Assembly: GCA_951406725.2 (NCBI GenBank)
Contig: OX597822.1
Location: 77,004,001 to 77,068,000 of the forward strand
DNA length: 64,000 nt
From: Octopus vulgaris
Lineage: Eukaryota
Direction: 5' to 3'
The notes beneath the pieces are model-generated. The model was given only the letters and a program-made list of their open reading frames with translations, was not told the DNA's origin and searched no databases. Positions 52,665 to 64,000 of this stretch are shown one piece after another. The number at the start of each line of letters is the position of its first letter. The stretch's first letter is position 1. The position numbers and the translations under genes were made by a program.

Positions 52665-54364
52665 TATGTATATATATGTATGCCTGTATGTATTTATATG
52701 TCTATGTATGTATGTATGTATGTATGTATGTATGTATGTATGTATGCGTGTAAGTATGTATGTATGTATGCACATACATATATATATATTCCTGGGAGAC
52801 ACTTGTGTTTGTGGCAGTTAGATGTATAGCGAATACTAACGAAAGCTTCTTTGTACGGAAGGCAAATAAGCGATATTTGGATTGAACTAATATACATGCA
52901 CCTACAAAATGGAATCGGTTAACACGAGATCTAAATATCAAATTTGAAATATCTAATACTTGAAATCTCTCTGCTCATAGATTACAAACAGACAAGTGCA
53001 TGTACAAGTTTAGATTTAACCTACGCTTCAAGCTATAAATGATGAATTTTTCGAAAAGTACAAGAATTAATTTTACTCATTTATTTATTTACATTTTCTA
53101 GATTTTACCAAAGAATTTAAGAAACGAATGGCTTAGAGCAGTCAGCATTAATATATTTATGCATGTTGATTAGCTAATCAAAAATTACTCAAGGCTTATG
53201 TTAAAACAACCATATATTATATTTCAGAGACAGCTTTGAAAAATGATGTGAGCAACAGTTGTTGTTATTAATTTACATATCAGTACAATCGCTGGTAGCG
53301 TGTATTTAAATAACTAATGTGGATGCTGAAACAGCGAGTTATCTTTATATTTTTTTTAAAACCTGGGTTCAGTTATTGAACTGCGGCCATGCCTCGGCTC
53401 CGCCTTGAAGGGTTTTAGCCGAATAAATCGGCACTGTTGATTATTATTATTTTTTTGTTCTGTTTTTAAGTCCGATATTATCATATTCGTCTCTTTTACC
53501 GAGCCGCTGATTTACGGGGGCGTAAACAAACCAACGATGGTTATGAAGCAGTGGAGGGGACATGTATATCATTGTCATCGTTTTAACGGCCACCATTCTG
53601 ATTTATGCATACATGGCTCAGACAGACTTCACATTTACGACAGACGGATGCCCTTCCTGGCGCCAACCAAGCTAGGTAATATTTCTCAATGGCCAGACAA
53701 GTTTTTTCACGGGAGACTCGAAATGAACGACGTTCATTTACAACACTCCTGCCATGTCAAACATTTTTAAAAATTATAATTCTATGGTCGTTTCAGTCTC
53801 TGCGTGTTTATGTGTAGAACATAAACACCCAGCAAAACATTTATATACGTATATCAAAAAGGAAGTGTTATATTACTATTCCACAGTCATACAAACAATC
53901 GGACATACCCCCATCATCAGCTGTCCCACGGATGTCATTATGGTTTCGACACCTGGACAGTACCATTCAATCCGGCGGTGTCTACAATATTAATATAAGT
54001 GTTGTTTGGGAACAAACAAACAAATCAAAGAAATCACAACTTTCAAACACATTTAGTTAATGTTCAACCGTATCGATTAATATATTCCATGAGTAAATTA
54101 CAACCTTTCCTAAATACGTAACTAAACAAAGACACCTCTATTAAGTCATAAAAAATTATAATCCCTACCGTCTTCCGTAGTGTGATATAAAAGTTAAGCT
54201 TAATAACCACATTATTTCAATCAATCAATATATAGACAGGATTAAGCACTAACCTTACTAAAACTACAATAAGGGATATTTAAACCAATGTACATTTTAT
54301 CGGTGTGTGCGCGCGTGTTTGTGTGTGTGTGTTTGTCCGTCTATATTTCCATCTACCTAAACAT

Positions 54365-54474
<110 letters not shown>

Positions 54475-54718
54475 GTATGTAAAAGATAGATGTTGCCTGA
54501 AGACCGCACATGGTATTGTCAGTATTCTCGGGATGAATTATATTACAAAACTTGCTTCTCGATTGCCTTAATTTAAATGGATATGTTTAATTTCACGTAA
54601 AAATAATCTGTGACACATGAGCTACAGTATATAGCCTTAATAAACGCAATATACCTCTGGTGAACTCCCATCGATAACCGTAAAACAACATCCCTAAAAC
54701 TTATTTTCTTCACAAGAA

Positions 54719-54766
<48 letters not shown>

Positions 54767-55152
54767 ATGTATACACACACATATATACACACACACATAT
54801 ATATATATGCGCACACATCTATATATATACACACATATACACATACATATACACATACATACATATACATACATATACATACATATACATACATATACAT
54901 ATATACATACATACACGTATATACATACATATACACATATACATACATATACATATATACATACATACACATATATACATACATACACATATATACATAC
55001 ATACACATATATACATACATATATATATGTACACACACATATGAACACATGTATATATATATTCATCTCTAGAAACATCGATATATATATATGTACACAT
55101 ATATATATACATATATATACGTACATATATATATATGTACACATACACATAT

Positions 55153-55192
<40 letters not shown>

Positions 55193-55752
55193 CATATTTT
55201 ATATCTCCTTAACTACCCTCTCCTATACGCTTACACACACACACACAGACACGCACACACGTGTTTATAACATACAATATGGCAGAAGAGAAGAGAAAAT
55301 AATTCAGAAGGATGTTATATACCATTTATACATAATACAGGGTCACATTTTTTGCGATATACTGAGCTGAACAATTTACGCTTTATAAAAGTTATCAAAA
55401 TAATCACAGGCACAGGCGTGGGTGTTTGGTGAAGAAGCTTGCTTACAAACCATGTTGTCGTCGGTTCATTCCCACTGTACGGCACTTCTATTGTATTTGT
55501 GGGTTGATGAAAGACTTAAAAGTGGATTTGTTCTGTTTCTTTTCTTCTCGAGTCATACCGACACATAAAGGCCGATTTCCCGGTTTGCATGGCATATATA
55601 AATTCCCCACAGGGTCTGTTGCAGCATTACTCTTTTTTGCCGGCTGAGTGTGGACTGGAGCAACGTGAACTGAAGGGTTTTGCTCAAGAACACAATGCAT
55701 TGCCCAGTCCAGGAATCGAAACCACAAAGTATATACATGTGTGGATATGTAC

Positions 55753-55791
<39 letters not shown>

Positions 55792-55887
55792 GGGAAGCTT
55801 TATGAAAATAGACAAAAGACGAAGGCAGGTGGAAAACAAACAAACAATTGTATTAGTATGGCGCTCAGGAAATATAAATAAAACAAG

Positions 55888-55925
55888 TCTTTAACGTTTC
55901 GAGCCTACGCTCTTCAACAGAAAGA
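55888..55925 (-). ncRNA. Hammerhead-like motif in the 3' pLTR
   Basis: UCUUU-CUGUUGA-A-GAGC(GUAG)GCUC-GAAA-CG-UU-AAAGA; position 6 is U rather than A. Confidence 0.6.
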
Positions 55926-56317
55926 TACACAGAGAGAAAAAAACACAGAAAGAAGGAGAGAAAAAAATGCGTGCAGTAACTAACGAATCAACATGGCGAT
56001 CTGATTTCGGCCAGAGGTCAAAGATCAAACATGAGACGCGAGAGCGAAATAAGGGGAGATAATAGGGTTGAATGACCCTAGGATAGGTCTGGACAGGCGT
56101 ATGTATGGGGTTGGTGTATGTATTAGTATGTATTAGTATGTATTAGTACGTATTAGTATGTATAAGTGTGTGTGTGTGTGTGTGTATGAGAGAGTATAAG
56201 TGCGTATGAGGGGTCTGGACGTGTGTATGTATAGGGTTGGTGTATGTATTAGTATGTATTAGTATGTATTAGTACGTATTAGTATGTATTAGTTGGTGTA
56301 TGTATTAGTATGGCACA

Positions 56318-57130
56318 TCATATATGATGTGATGTGTAAAGTCGTGTGGTGTAGTGAGGAGAAGAGGGGGAGGGGAGAAGAGGGGGAGAGGGGGAAGAAG
56401 GAGAGGGGGAGGAGAGGGGGAGGAGAGGGGGAAGAGGAGAGGAGGGGGAGAGAGAGAAGGGGAGGAGGAGGGGAGGAAGGAGGAAAGAGGGGGAGGGGGA
56501 GAGAGAAGGGGAGTGAGGGAGCAGAGGGAAGAGGGAAGGAGGGAGGGAGAAAGAGGGAAGAAGGGAAGGGGAGTAGGGGTGAAAGGATGAAGGACTGAAG
56601 AAGTAGGGGTCGGGGGGGAAAGGATAGGTGAGGAGGGGGAGAGGGGGGTTAGATGAGGAGGGGGGAGAGTTGAGACCAAATGGCGTATAAGAGCGAAGAG
56701 AGAAGATTAATTCCTGTTCACGGCGCAAACGGGAATCCGGATGGCCTCTGTGTAAGGACAAACCGAACACAGATAGGTGTTGCAAGGAGTGACCGGTGGA
56801 GCGGAAATGGCGTGAGACCGGTGTGTCGTTCGCAAGGTGGATGTCACGAAGGTGTTCCGCGAACCGGTCAGCCAAGCGGCGTCCCGTTTGTCCGATGTAC
56901 AAGGAATTGCAGAGAGAGCAAGAGACGCAAAAGATAATATTGCTGGAGGTGCAGGTGAAGGAGTGGATGATGGGATAGGGTCGATGGTGGGTGCTAGTGA
57001 GGCGGGTGGTGTTGGAGAGGTAAGGGCAAGTGCGGCAACGTGGGCGGGAGCAGGGGAACGAGCCGGGTTGGGAGGTAGGGTCAGGGAAGGAACTATGGAC
57101 CAAAAGGTCTCGAAGGTTGTGGGCTCGTGG
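56318..57130 (-). CDS. GIY-YIG endonuclease domain of the PLE (Neptune-like)
   Basis: RAHNLRDLLVHS..CSRPRCRTC..FTCTSSNIIFCVSCSLC..YIGQTGRRLADRFAEH..VSRHF..GH..RLRREQELIFSL..PFGLN; no internal stops. Confidence 0.8.
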   Translation of the reverse strand, partial: PRAHNLRDLLVHSSFPDPTSQPGSFPCSRPRCRTCPYLSNTTRLTSTHHRPYPIIHSFTCTSSNIIFCVSCSLCNSLYIGQTGRRLADRFAEHLRDIHLANDTPVSRHFRSTGHSLQHLSVFGLSLHRGHPDSRLRREQELIFSLRSYTPFGLNSPPSSSNPPLPLLTYPFPPDPYFFSPSSFHPYSPSLLPSFSLPPSLFPLLPHSPSLSPSPSFLLPPLLLPFSLSPSSPLPPLLPLSSPSPSSPSPPLLPSPSSPHYTTRLYTSHHI

Positions 57131-57765
57131 TTGGGGGGGGCAGTAGGGTTAGGTGTAGGTGGATGGAGCCTATCGGGAGGGGAGAAGGGGTTGTAGGGAG
57201 GGGCAGTGGGGTTAGGTGTTGGTGGATGGAGCCTATCGGGAGGGGAGAAGGGTGGTGGAGGAGTTGGGGTAGTGGCGTCGGGTAGGGTGGAATGGAAGAG
57301 TGATTGGAGTTTACGAAGTTTGGTATCAGAAAGAAATTGATGGAAGAGTTGATTCAAATGGATAATGAAGCGTAGCGTGTTTGGAGCATAGAGAGGCGGC
57401 AGAGAGGAGAAGAAGGTGGAGAAAGCAGGAGGAAGAAGGCGGTTGATGGCATGTAGTTTAGAGAGATTGGAGCGAATGGTGGCCCGCATAAGGCGGTAAG
57501 ATGTGGTGCGGAGTATGGGTAAGATGGAAGAATCCGAGTGGAGAGCAGGGTGGAAGTGGAGGCGGAAACCTTTAGGGATGAGTCGGTGATGTAGGCAGCG
57601 GCTTAGGAAAGAGACATGGCTGGAGAAGCGGTTTTTTTTAAAAAGAAGTAGAGAGAGATTAACGGACGGCTGAAGGCAATATACAGGAAGAGAACGGAGA
57701 TGATCCTTCAAACGGTGATGGAGGGTGAGGAGGTAGGACCTAGGATCCGGCAAGATGGGATAGCG
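57131..57765 (-). CDS. PLE N-terminal domain plus Pro-rich linker
   Basis: SHVSFLSRCLHHRLIPKGFRL motif typical of PLE ORF N-termini; duplicated SPPDRLHPPTPNPTAPP; start codon uncertain. Confidence 0.6.
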
Positions 57766-58478
57766 GAAAAAAAACAAACGTTCGAAAAAACAAAAAAAAA
57801 CAAAAAACAAAAAATTATCGTATGAAAAAAATAGAAAAAAGGATAGCGAAAAAAGGGGAAAAAACAAACGTTCAAAAAAACAAAAAAATAATAATCGTAT
57901 GAAAAAACTAGATAAGTAAGCGATAGGGGCAGAAAAGACGGGGCAAACGGAAAAGGGAAAGAAAGAAGGGAAGCAGAGAGAGGGGGAGGCAAAAAAAGGG
58001 GGTGCAGGCAGAGGAAACAGAGTATGGACATCCAGAGGGGGAAGAAAGACGGAAAGGAGAACAAAAATGCAGGAAAATGTGGAAAGCATGAAATGAATGT
58101 AAAAAAAGTGGTAATATATGAGAAAATAAAAATACAACAAACGGGACAGTTTATGCGAACAAGTTCAAGGTTGAAAGTTCAAGGTGAGAAATGTGTAGAC
58201 GTCGTGGTATATTTTTTAAGTATTTCACATCAATGCAAAGTCACTTTGATCCGCGAAAGAGAGGTGCAGCCAATGGTAAGTATCCAAGAGGTAAAGAAAA
58301 TCCAAGGTAGAGGTAAGTGTTGATAGTGGTATTGGTAGAATATAGGATGAAAGTGAGACCACGTGAGCGCATAATATATAACGAAAAGCTTTATGAAAAT
58401 AGACAAAAGACGAAGGCAGGTGGAAAACAAACAAACAATTGTATTAGTATGGCGCTCAGGAAATATAAATAAAACAAG

Positions 58479-58516
58479 TCTTTAACGTTTCGAGCCTACG
58501 CTCTTCAACAGAAAGA
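58479..58516 (-). ncRNA. Hammerhead-like motif in the 5' pLTR
   Basis: Identical to 55888-55925. Confidence 0.6.
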
Positions 58517-59687
58517 TACACAGAGAGAAAAAAACACAGAAAGAAGGAGAGAAAAAAATGCGTGCAGTAACTAACGAATCAACATGGCGATCTGATTTCG
58601 GCCAGAGGTCAAAGATCAAACATGAGACGCGAGAGCGAAATAAGGGGAGATAATAGGGTTGAATGACCCTAGGATAGGTCTGGACAGGCGTATGTATGGG
58701 GTTGGTGTATGTATTAGTATGTATTAGTATGTATTAGTACGTATTAGTATGTATAAGTGTGTGTGTGTGTGTGTATGAGAGAGTATAAGTGCGTATGAGG
58801 GGTCTGGACGTGTGTATGTATAGGGTTGGTGTATGTATTAGTATGTATTAGTATGTATTAGTACGTATTAGTATGTATTAGTTGGTGTATGTATTAGTAT
58901 GGCACATCATATATGATGTGATGTGTAAAGTCGTGTGGTGTAGTGAGGAGAAGAGGGGAGGGGGAGAAGAGGGGGAGAGGGGGAAGAAGGAGAGGGGGAA
59001 GAAGGGGAGGGGGAAGAGGGGGAGGAGAGGGGGGAAGAGGGGGGAAGAGGAGAGGAGGGGGAGAGAGAGAGGAGGGGGAGAGAGAAGGGGAGGAGGAGGG
59101 GGAGGAAGGAGGAAAGAGGGGGAGGGGGAGAGAGAAGGGGAGTGAGGGAGCAGAGGGAAGAGGGAAGGAGGGAGGGAGAAAGAGGGAAGAAGGGAAGGGG
59201 AGTAGGGGTGAAAGGATGAAGGACTGAAGAAGTAGGGGTCGGGGGGAAAGGATAGGTGAGGAGGGGGGAGAGGGGGATTAGATGAGGAGGGGGGAGAGTT
59301 GAGACCAAATGGCGTATAAGAGCGAAGAGAGAAGATTAATTCATATATATATATATATGGGTACAGGTCACCATTGGTGCAGATAACATGAAATACGTAA
59401 ACAACGAGAAAAAATGGAAAACGGGACAAGTTTACACAGAGAAAGGACCCCTCATCAGTTGTCGGCTATCTATTTACTGCTCATTTCGAGCATTCAACGG
59501 CAATGTGAATTTTCAAAGACAGTTGCTCCCATAAATTCTAAAACATAATTTAGGATTTATGAAGTTGAGAACAAAAAAAATGACAGTGAAAACATACAAG
59601 GAAACCGAGCGCAAACAAATATGGAAGGTCGTTAGACTAGAATGAAAGGAAAATAGTGAACGTTGAGAGAAGCATTGTGTGTGCGTG

Positions 59688-59747
<60 letters not shown>

Positions 59748-59899
59748 GAGAGAGTGAGAGAGAGTATATTAGTAAGTACGTATTTGCATAAGTGTGTGCG
59801 CCTGTATACATATGTATGAATGTGTGTATATGCGTCTATATATATGAGTGTATACATATATGTGTGTGTGAGACATAAATAACAACGACATATAAGCAA

Positions 59900-60540
59900 C
59901 AATACAAAATTGACTCTTTACAAATCGTTTGTCTCACCATCGCTGTTGTAGTCTTCTGAAACATGGACGTATTATGAAAGAGATTTCAAACTGTTAGAAC
60001 GGTTCCACCAAAAATGCCTTCACCGCTTTATAAACATTAAATCCGACATTTTTTTTTTTTACTTTAGACACAGATGTTTTTGTGTCTGCAGGCATCACTT
60101 CAATTAAATCAATGATACAGAAAAACCAAATGAAATGGTCTGGCCATATTGTTCGAATGGCGAATGAACGCACATCCAAATAGCTGATCTATGGCGTGCT
60201 TGCAGAGGGGAAACGCAATCGGTATAAACCTCAAAAGAGGTTTAAAGACGGCATAAGGACTACCATGAAGTCACTTGGAATGGATCCAAAGGCCATAGAA
60301 ACCTTTGTTTTGGATCGAGCTGGATGGCGAACAAAAGTGTGGAATGGAATGAAAGCGTTTGAGGAGGCCAGGATGAAACATGCAAGATTCACGAGATATT
60401 TAAAGAAGCATGTTATGATCGAGAAGGTGAATTTTAGTGACCTTTTTGTAAGCACCGTTTGTGACAGACCATGCCTTTCTTTTGCTGAGCTCAAATCTCA
60501 TTTAAGAATCCATGAAAAACGAACCTTTACCAGCTACTCT
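59900..60540 (+). mobile_element. RTE (BovB-like) LINE 3' fragment
   Basis: SETWT..LERFHQKCL..KWSGHIVRM..YG.L.EGKR..PQKRFKD..DRAGWR..C..C..SH.RIH zinc finger. Confidence 0.85.
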
Positions 60541-60544
60541 GCCT

Positions 60545-60790
60545 ATATATATATATATATTTCTTTATTGCCCACAAGGGGCTAAACAGAGGAGACAAAC
60601 AAGGACAGACAAAGAGATTAAGTCGATTACATCGACCCCAGTGCATAACTGGTACTTATTTAATCGACCTCGAAAGGATGAAAGGCTAAGTCGACCTCCG
60701 CGGAATTTGATCTCAGAACGTAGCGGCAGACGAAATACCGCTAAGCAATTCGCCTGGCGTGCTAACGATTCTGCCAGCCTTTCAATGCCG
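60545..60790 (-). mobile_element. SINE family B copy
   Basis: Reverse complement of the family B sequence. Confidence 0.75.
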
Positions 60791-61532
60791 TATATGCTAT
60801 AAGGTCTGCAAATCTGACGGAGGCCTCAAAAGACATTTTAAGGTCATAACTTAACTGCAGCTCTCGGTGGTTCAAATCGGAAATGCTATTTATGTGGGTG
60901 TTTATTTTCAAAATGTTTAATTTCAAAACATTATCTTGTTTAAAAACAACATTAGATGCCATGATAGATCTAAGATGTATGTACAAGAGGTGGTCAGACT
61001 TTGCATAAAGAGTAGACACCCACCACATGTGTCTTTGTGTATACATATGGGTATGTATGTGTGTGCATATATATATACGCGTATATAAAATAGTACTCAC
61101 GAGTACATTTGTGTGCTTAGCTTTGTAAGTATACCTTACTGTGTAATTACACGTACATGTCTACAGGCGCTAAGAAACATGAAAATAATAAATCTTAGGC
61201 ATATTATGCCGGCTTTTTCTGTGAGCCGACAAACTTGACTTCAGATCTCCTACTTAGAGAGGCACACAGCAACACAAACAATCTTTTATCTTTAAGATTA
61301 GATATTCTTCCGCTTACTAATGATACACCTGTCTCCTGTCCAGTATGAATATAAAAAATTAAAAATGAGCGTTACCTAACCTCTGAAGATATGACAATGT
61401 AATAAAATTACAAGATATATATATTAATTCTTAATGAAATGTGCGTAAGATGACCTAACTAAATATTATGTAAAATACTCAACACTTATTTTATATCATA
61501 TACACACAAACATATAGATATAAACACACACA

Positions 61533-61592
<60 letters not shown>

Positions 61593-62104
61593 TGCCTAGC
61601 TAGCAGGGAGACATCATTCGACATCTAAAACAATGTGATGCGTATTTTGATCAGTGATGTTTAGCAACAACCAAGAGTCTGGTCGTTATCCTGATGCCAT
61701 GATACACCCCGCCACACACACTCACATATATCTATATATACACCTGAAGGTTTACAGCAACGTAAATATACAGGTATTTTCTTTATATGGGTACATTTGA
61801 GATTGATTCTTGCTGCTTGTTTGTTTCTCGTAGACATTGGTTGTTGTCCAAATTGATTTCTAATTATCCGTACAGCAGACAACCTTCTCTGTAAATAAAT
61901 GTCGCGATTAAACGAATGAAGATGTACCTTGTTAGGTTCTTGTATGTCTGTTTATCACACACACACACACACACACACACAAATGTATATATATGAGGTG
62001 TTTTTGCATATATGTGTGTATACATATATTACATACACACACACACATACACAGAAACACACATATACACAAACACTAGCAGATACAAACACACACACTT
62101 ACGC

Positions 62105-62146
<42 letters not shown>

Positions 62147-62147
62147 G

Positions 62148-62246
<99 letters not shown>

Positions 62247-62468
62247 TGAGAGAGAGAGAGAGAGGCGGATGAATGAATAGATAGGTAAGTAGATACATAC
62301 ATACATACATGCAGACAGATATGTGTGCATATGTACATGAAATACATGCATACATACATGTATGCACCTTCACATTTATAGATACACTCAAGCGCACCAT
62401 ACACGTGTGTGTGTCTGTGGATCTGAGAGGGACACACATAGTGCATACACACCCATAAATGTATGTGA

Positions 62469-62512
<44 letters not shown>

Positions 62513-62527
62513 CATACATATGCATAG

Positions 62528-62608
<81 letters not shown>

Positions 62609-63375
62609 GAGATAGATAGATAGATAGATGCATGTGTGTCCGAATGCATTTATATATGCGTGCCTGTATGTGTTTATATGCATGTATGCCCAAAAGCAGA
62701 TGAAGGTGGAGAAATGAAGTTATTAGTTACTGTCATACGAATATATTTATCAAATGTTAGTGTATGTCTGTGTGTTGTCAATCAACAAACACATTACCCC
62801 TGCCACCAAAGCAAAAAAACAAAAAAAATATATACATCCGATTACAACACGTCACTGTGGTGACGACGAGCATCAACAACAACATCAACAGTTACAATAC
62901 CAAAACAGCAACAACAATAACAAAAACAACAGAATCCCCGCCATGAACTCTGTTCAGAAATACAGGAATACAGAAACACAACAGCACCAATAACGGTAGT
63001 TAGTAAGAGATATAACGGCAATATCACTTTGATCGTTCTCAACGTGTGTCAACATCTTATGGTAAATAAGATATACCATATTAGATAACCGATCTTCACA
63101 CCTTCTACCTGAGTAGCTATACATCTGCTCTATACGGCATATATATATACACACATCGCACACTATATGTGTATCAGTGTATGTGAGTGCGCGTGCGTGT
63201 GTATGTGCGCGTTTGTGCATGTGCGCCTTGTGTACGTATATGTGTGTTTGTTCGTTTGTGTGTGCGTCTATTTGCGTACGCGGGTTTCGCGTGCTTATGT
63301 AACCGTTACTATCGGTACTGAAATATATATGTTTGTGTGCATGCATGTGTATATGTGCATGTGTGTATTTTGTAT

Positions 63376-63415
<40 letters not shown>

Positions 63416-63476
63416 CCTTCTCTCTATACTGGCACACTCACAGATACATACATGCATATATATACATATATATATA

Positions 63477-63576
<100 letters not shown>

Positions 63577-63776
63577 GAAATATATGCATATATAATCATA
63601 TGCATATACACATACACACATATATAAATATATGCATATGTAAACATACATATTCATACACACAAATATATATGTATACATATATATAGAGATACATATA
63701 TTTATACATACACACATAAATATATATGTATACACACATATATACATACATATACACCAACACACATATCTATCTA

Positions 63777-63809
<33 letters not shown>

Positions 63810-64000
63810 GCACGTACAAGGTGCGCACGATAGGCCATACATACATACACGGATGCACACGTGGTGGTGCATGTATGTAGGTGCAGTATGACAGAATGGT
63901 TAAGACGTTCGATTCGCAAACACGAGATCCTGATTTCGATCGCACGGCTTAGCATCTTGAGCAAATGTTCTGTTTTCTACAACCTTGGGTCGAACCGAGT

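Larger units (their letters stand above)
55795..59342 (-). mobile_element. Young Penelope-like element with tandem pLTRs (55795-56713 and 58386-59342) lacking reverse transcriptase
   Basis: Near-identical ~920/960-bp direct repeats that start inside the ORF end; (TA)n on both sides; N-terminal and GIY-YIG coding segments; hammerhead motifs. Confidence 0.9.

Noticed and set aside
56293-56598. Gly/Glu/Arg-rich + strand ORFs (also 58882-59227)
   Set aside because: These are translations of the polypurine tract of the pLTR, antisense to the element.
55795-59342. LTR retrotransposon
   Set aside because: No TG..CA termini, PBS, gag or integrase. The repeats start within the GIY-YIG ORF end and carry hammerhead motifs, as PLE pLTRs do.
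59445-59500. Permuted (type II) hammerhead on the minus strand (GAAA...CUGAUGA)
   Set aside because: Stems I and III do not pair convincingly.

Overview
Eukaryotic, AT-rich, microsatellite- and SINE-dense genomic DNA. The repeat families suggest an octopus or other coleoid cephalopod (inference). One host gene is supported: an 11-coding-exon, + strand methylcrotonoyl-CoA carboxylase beta-like carboxyltransferase (MCCC2-like paralog, 1033-21561). Its exons join in frame to 599 aa and all introns are GT-AG. The N-domain motifs are intact but the C-domain motifs (canonical ITGFMVG / GSYGAG / VMGGEQA) are replaced. The rest is transposon-derived: at least four SINE families, several MITEs with TIRs/TSDs, Helitron-like remnants, a decayed Tc1/mariner transposase, R4/Dong-like and RTE LINE fragments, and two Penelope-like elements (PLEs). 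The most notable signals are (i) a very young PLE with tandem pLTRs that keeps its N-terminal domain and an intact GIY-YIG endonuclease but has no reverse transcriptase, and (ii) about 11 minimal type I hammerhead-ribozyme-like motifs from several families, including U3-A8 covariant cores. These sit mostly in short elements embedded in (TA)n/(AAT)n tracts or in foldbacks. Most ORFs in the supplied track are microsatellite or SINE artefacts. All family assignments are by eye without database searches; repeat boundaries are approximate unless a TSD or TIR is given.
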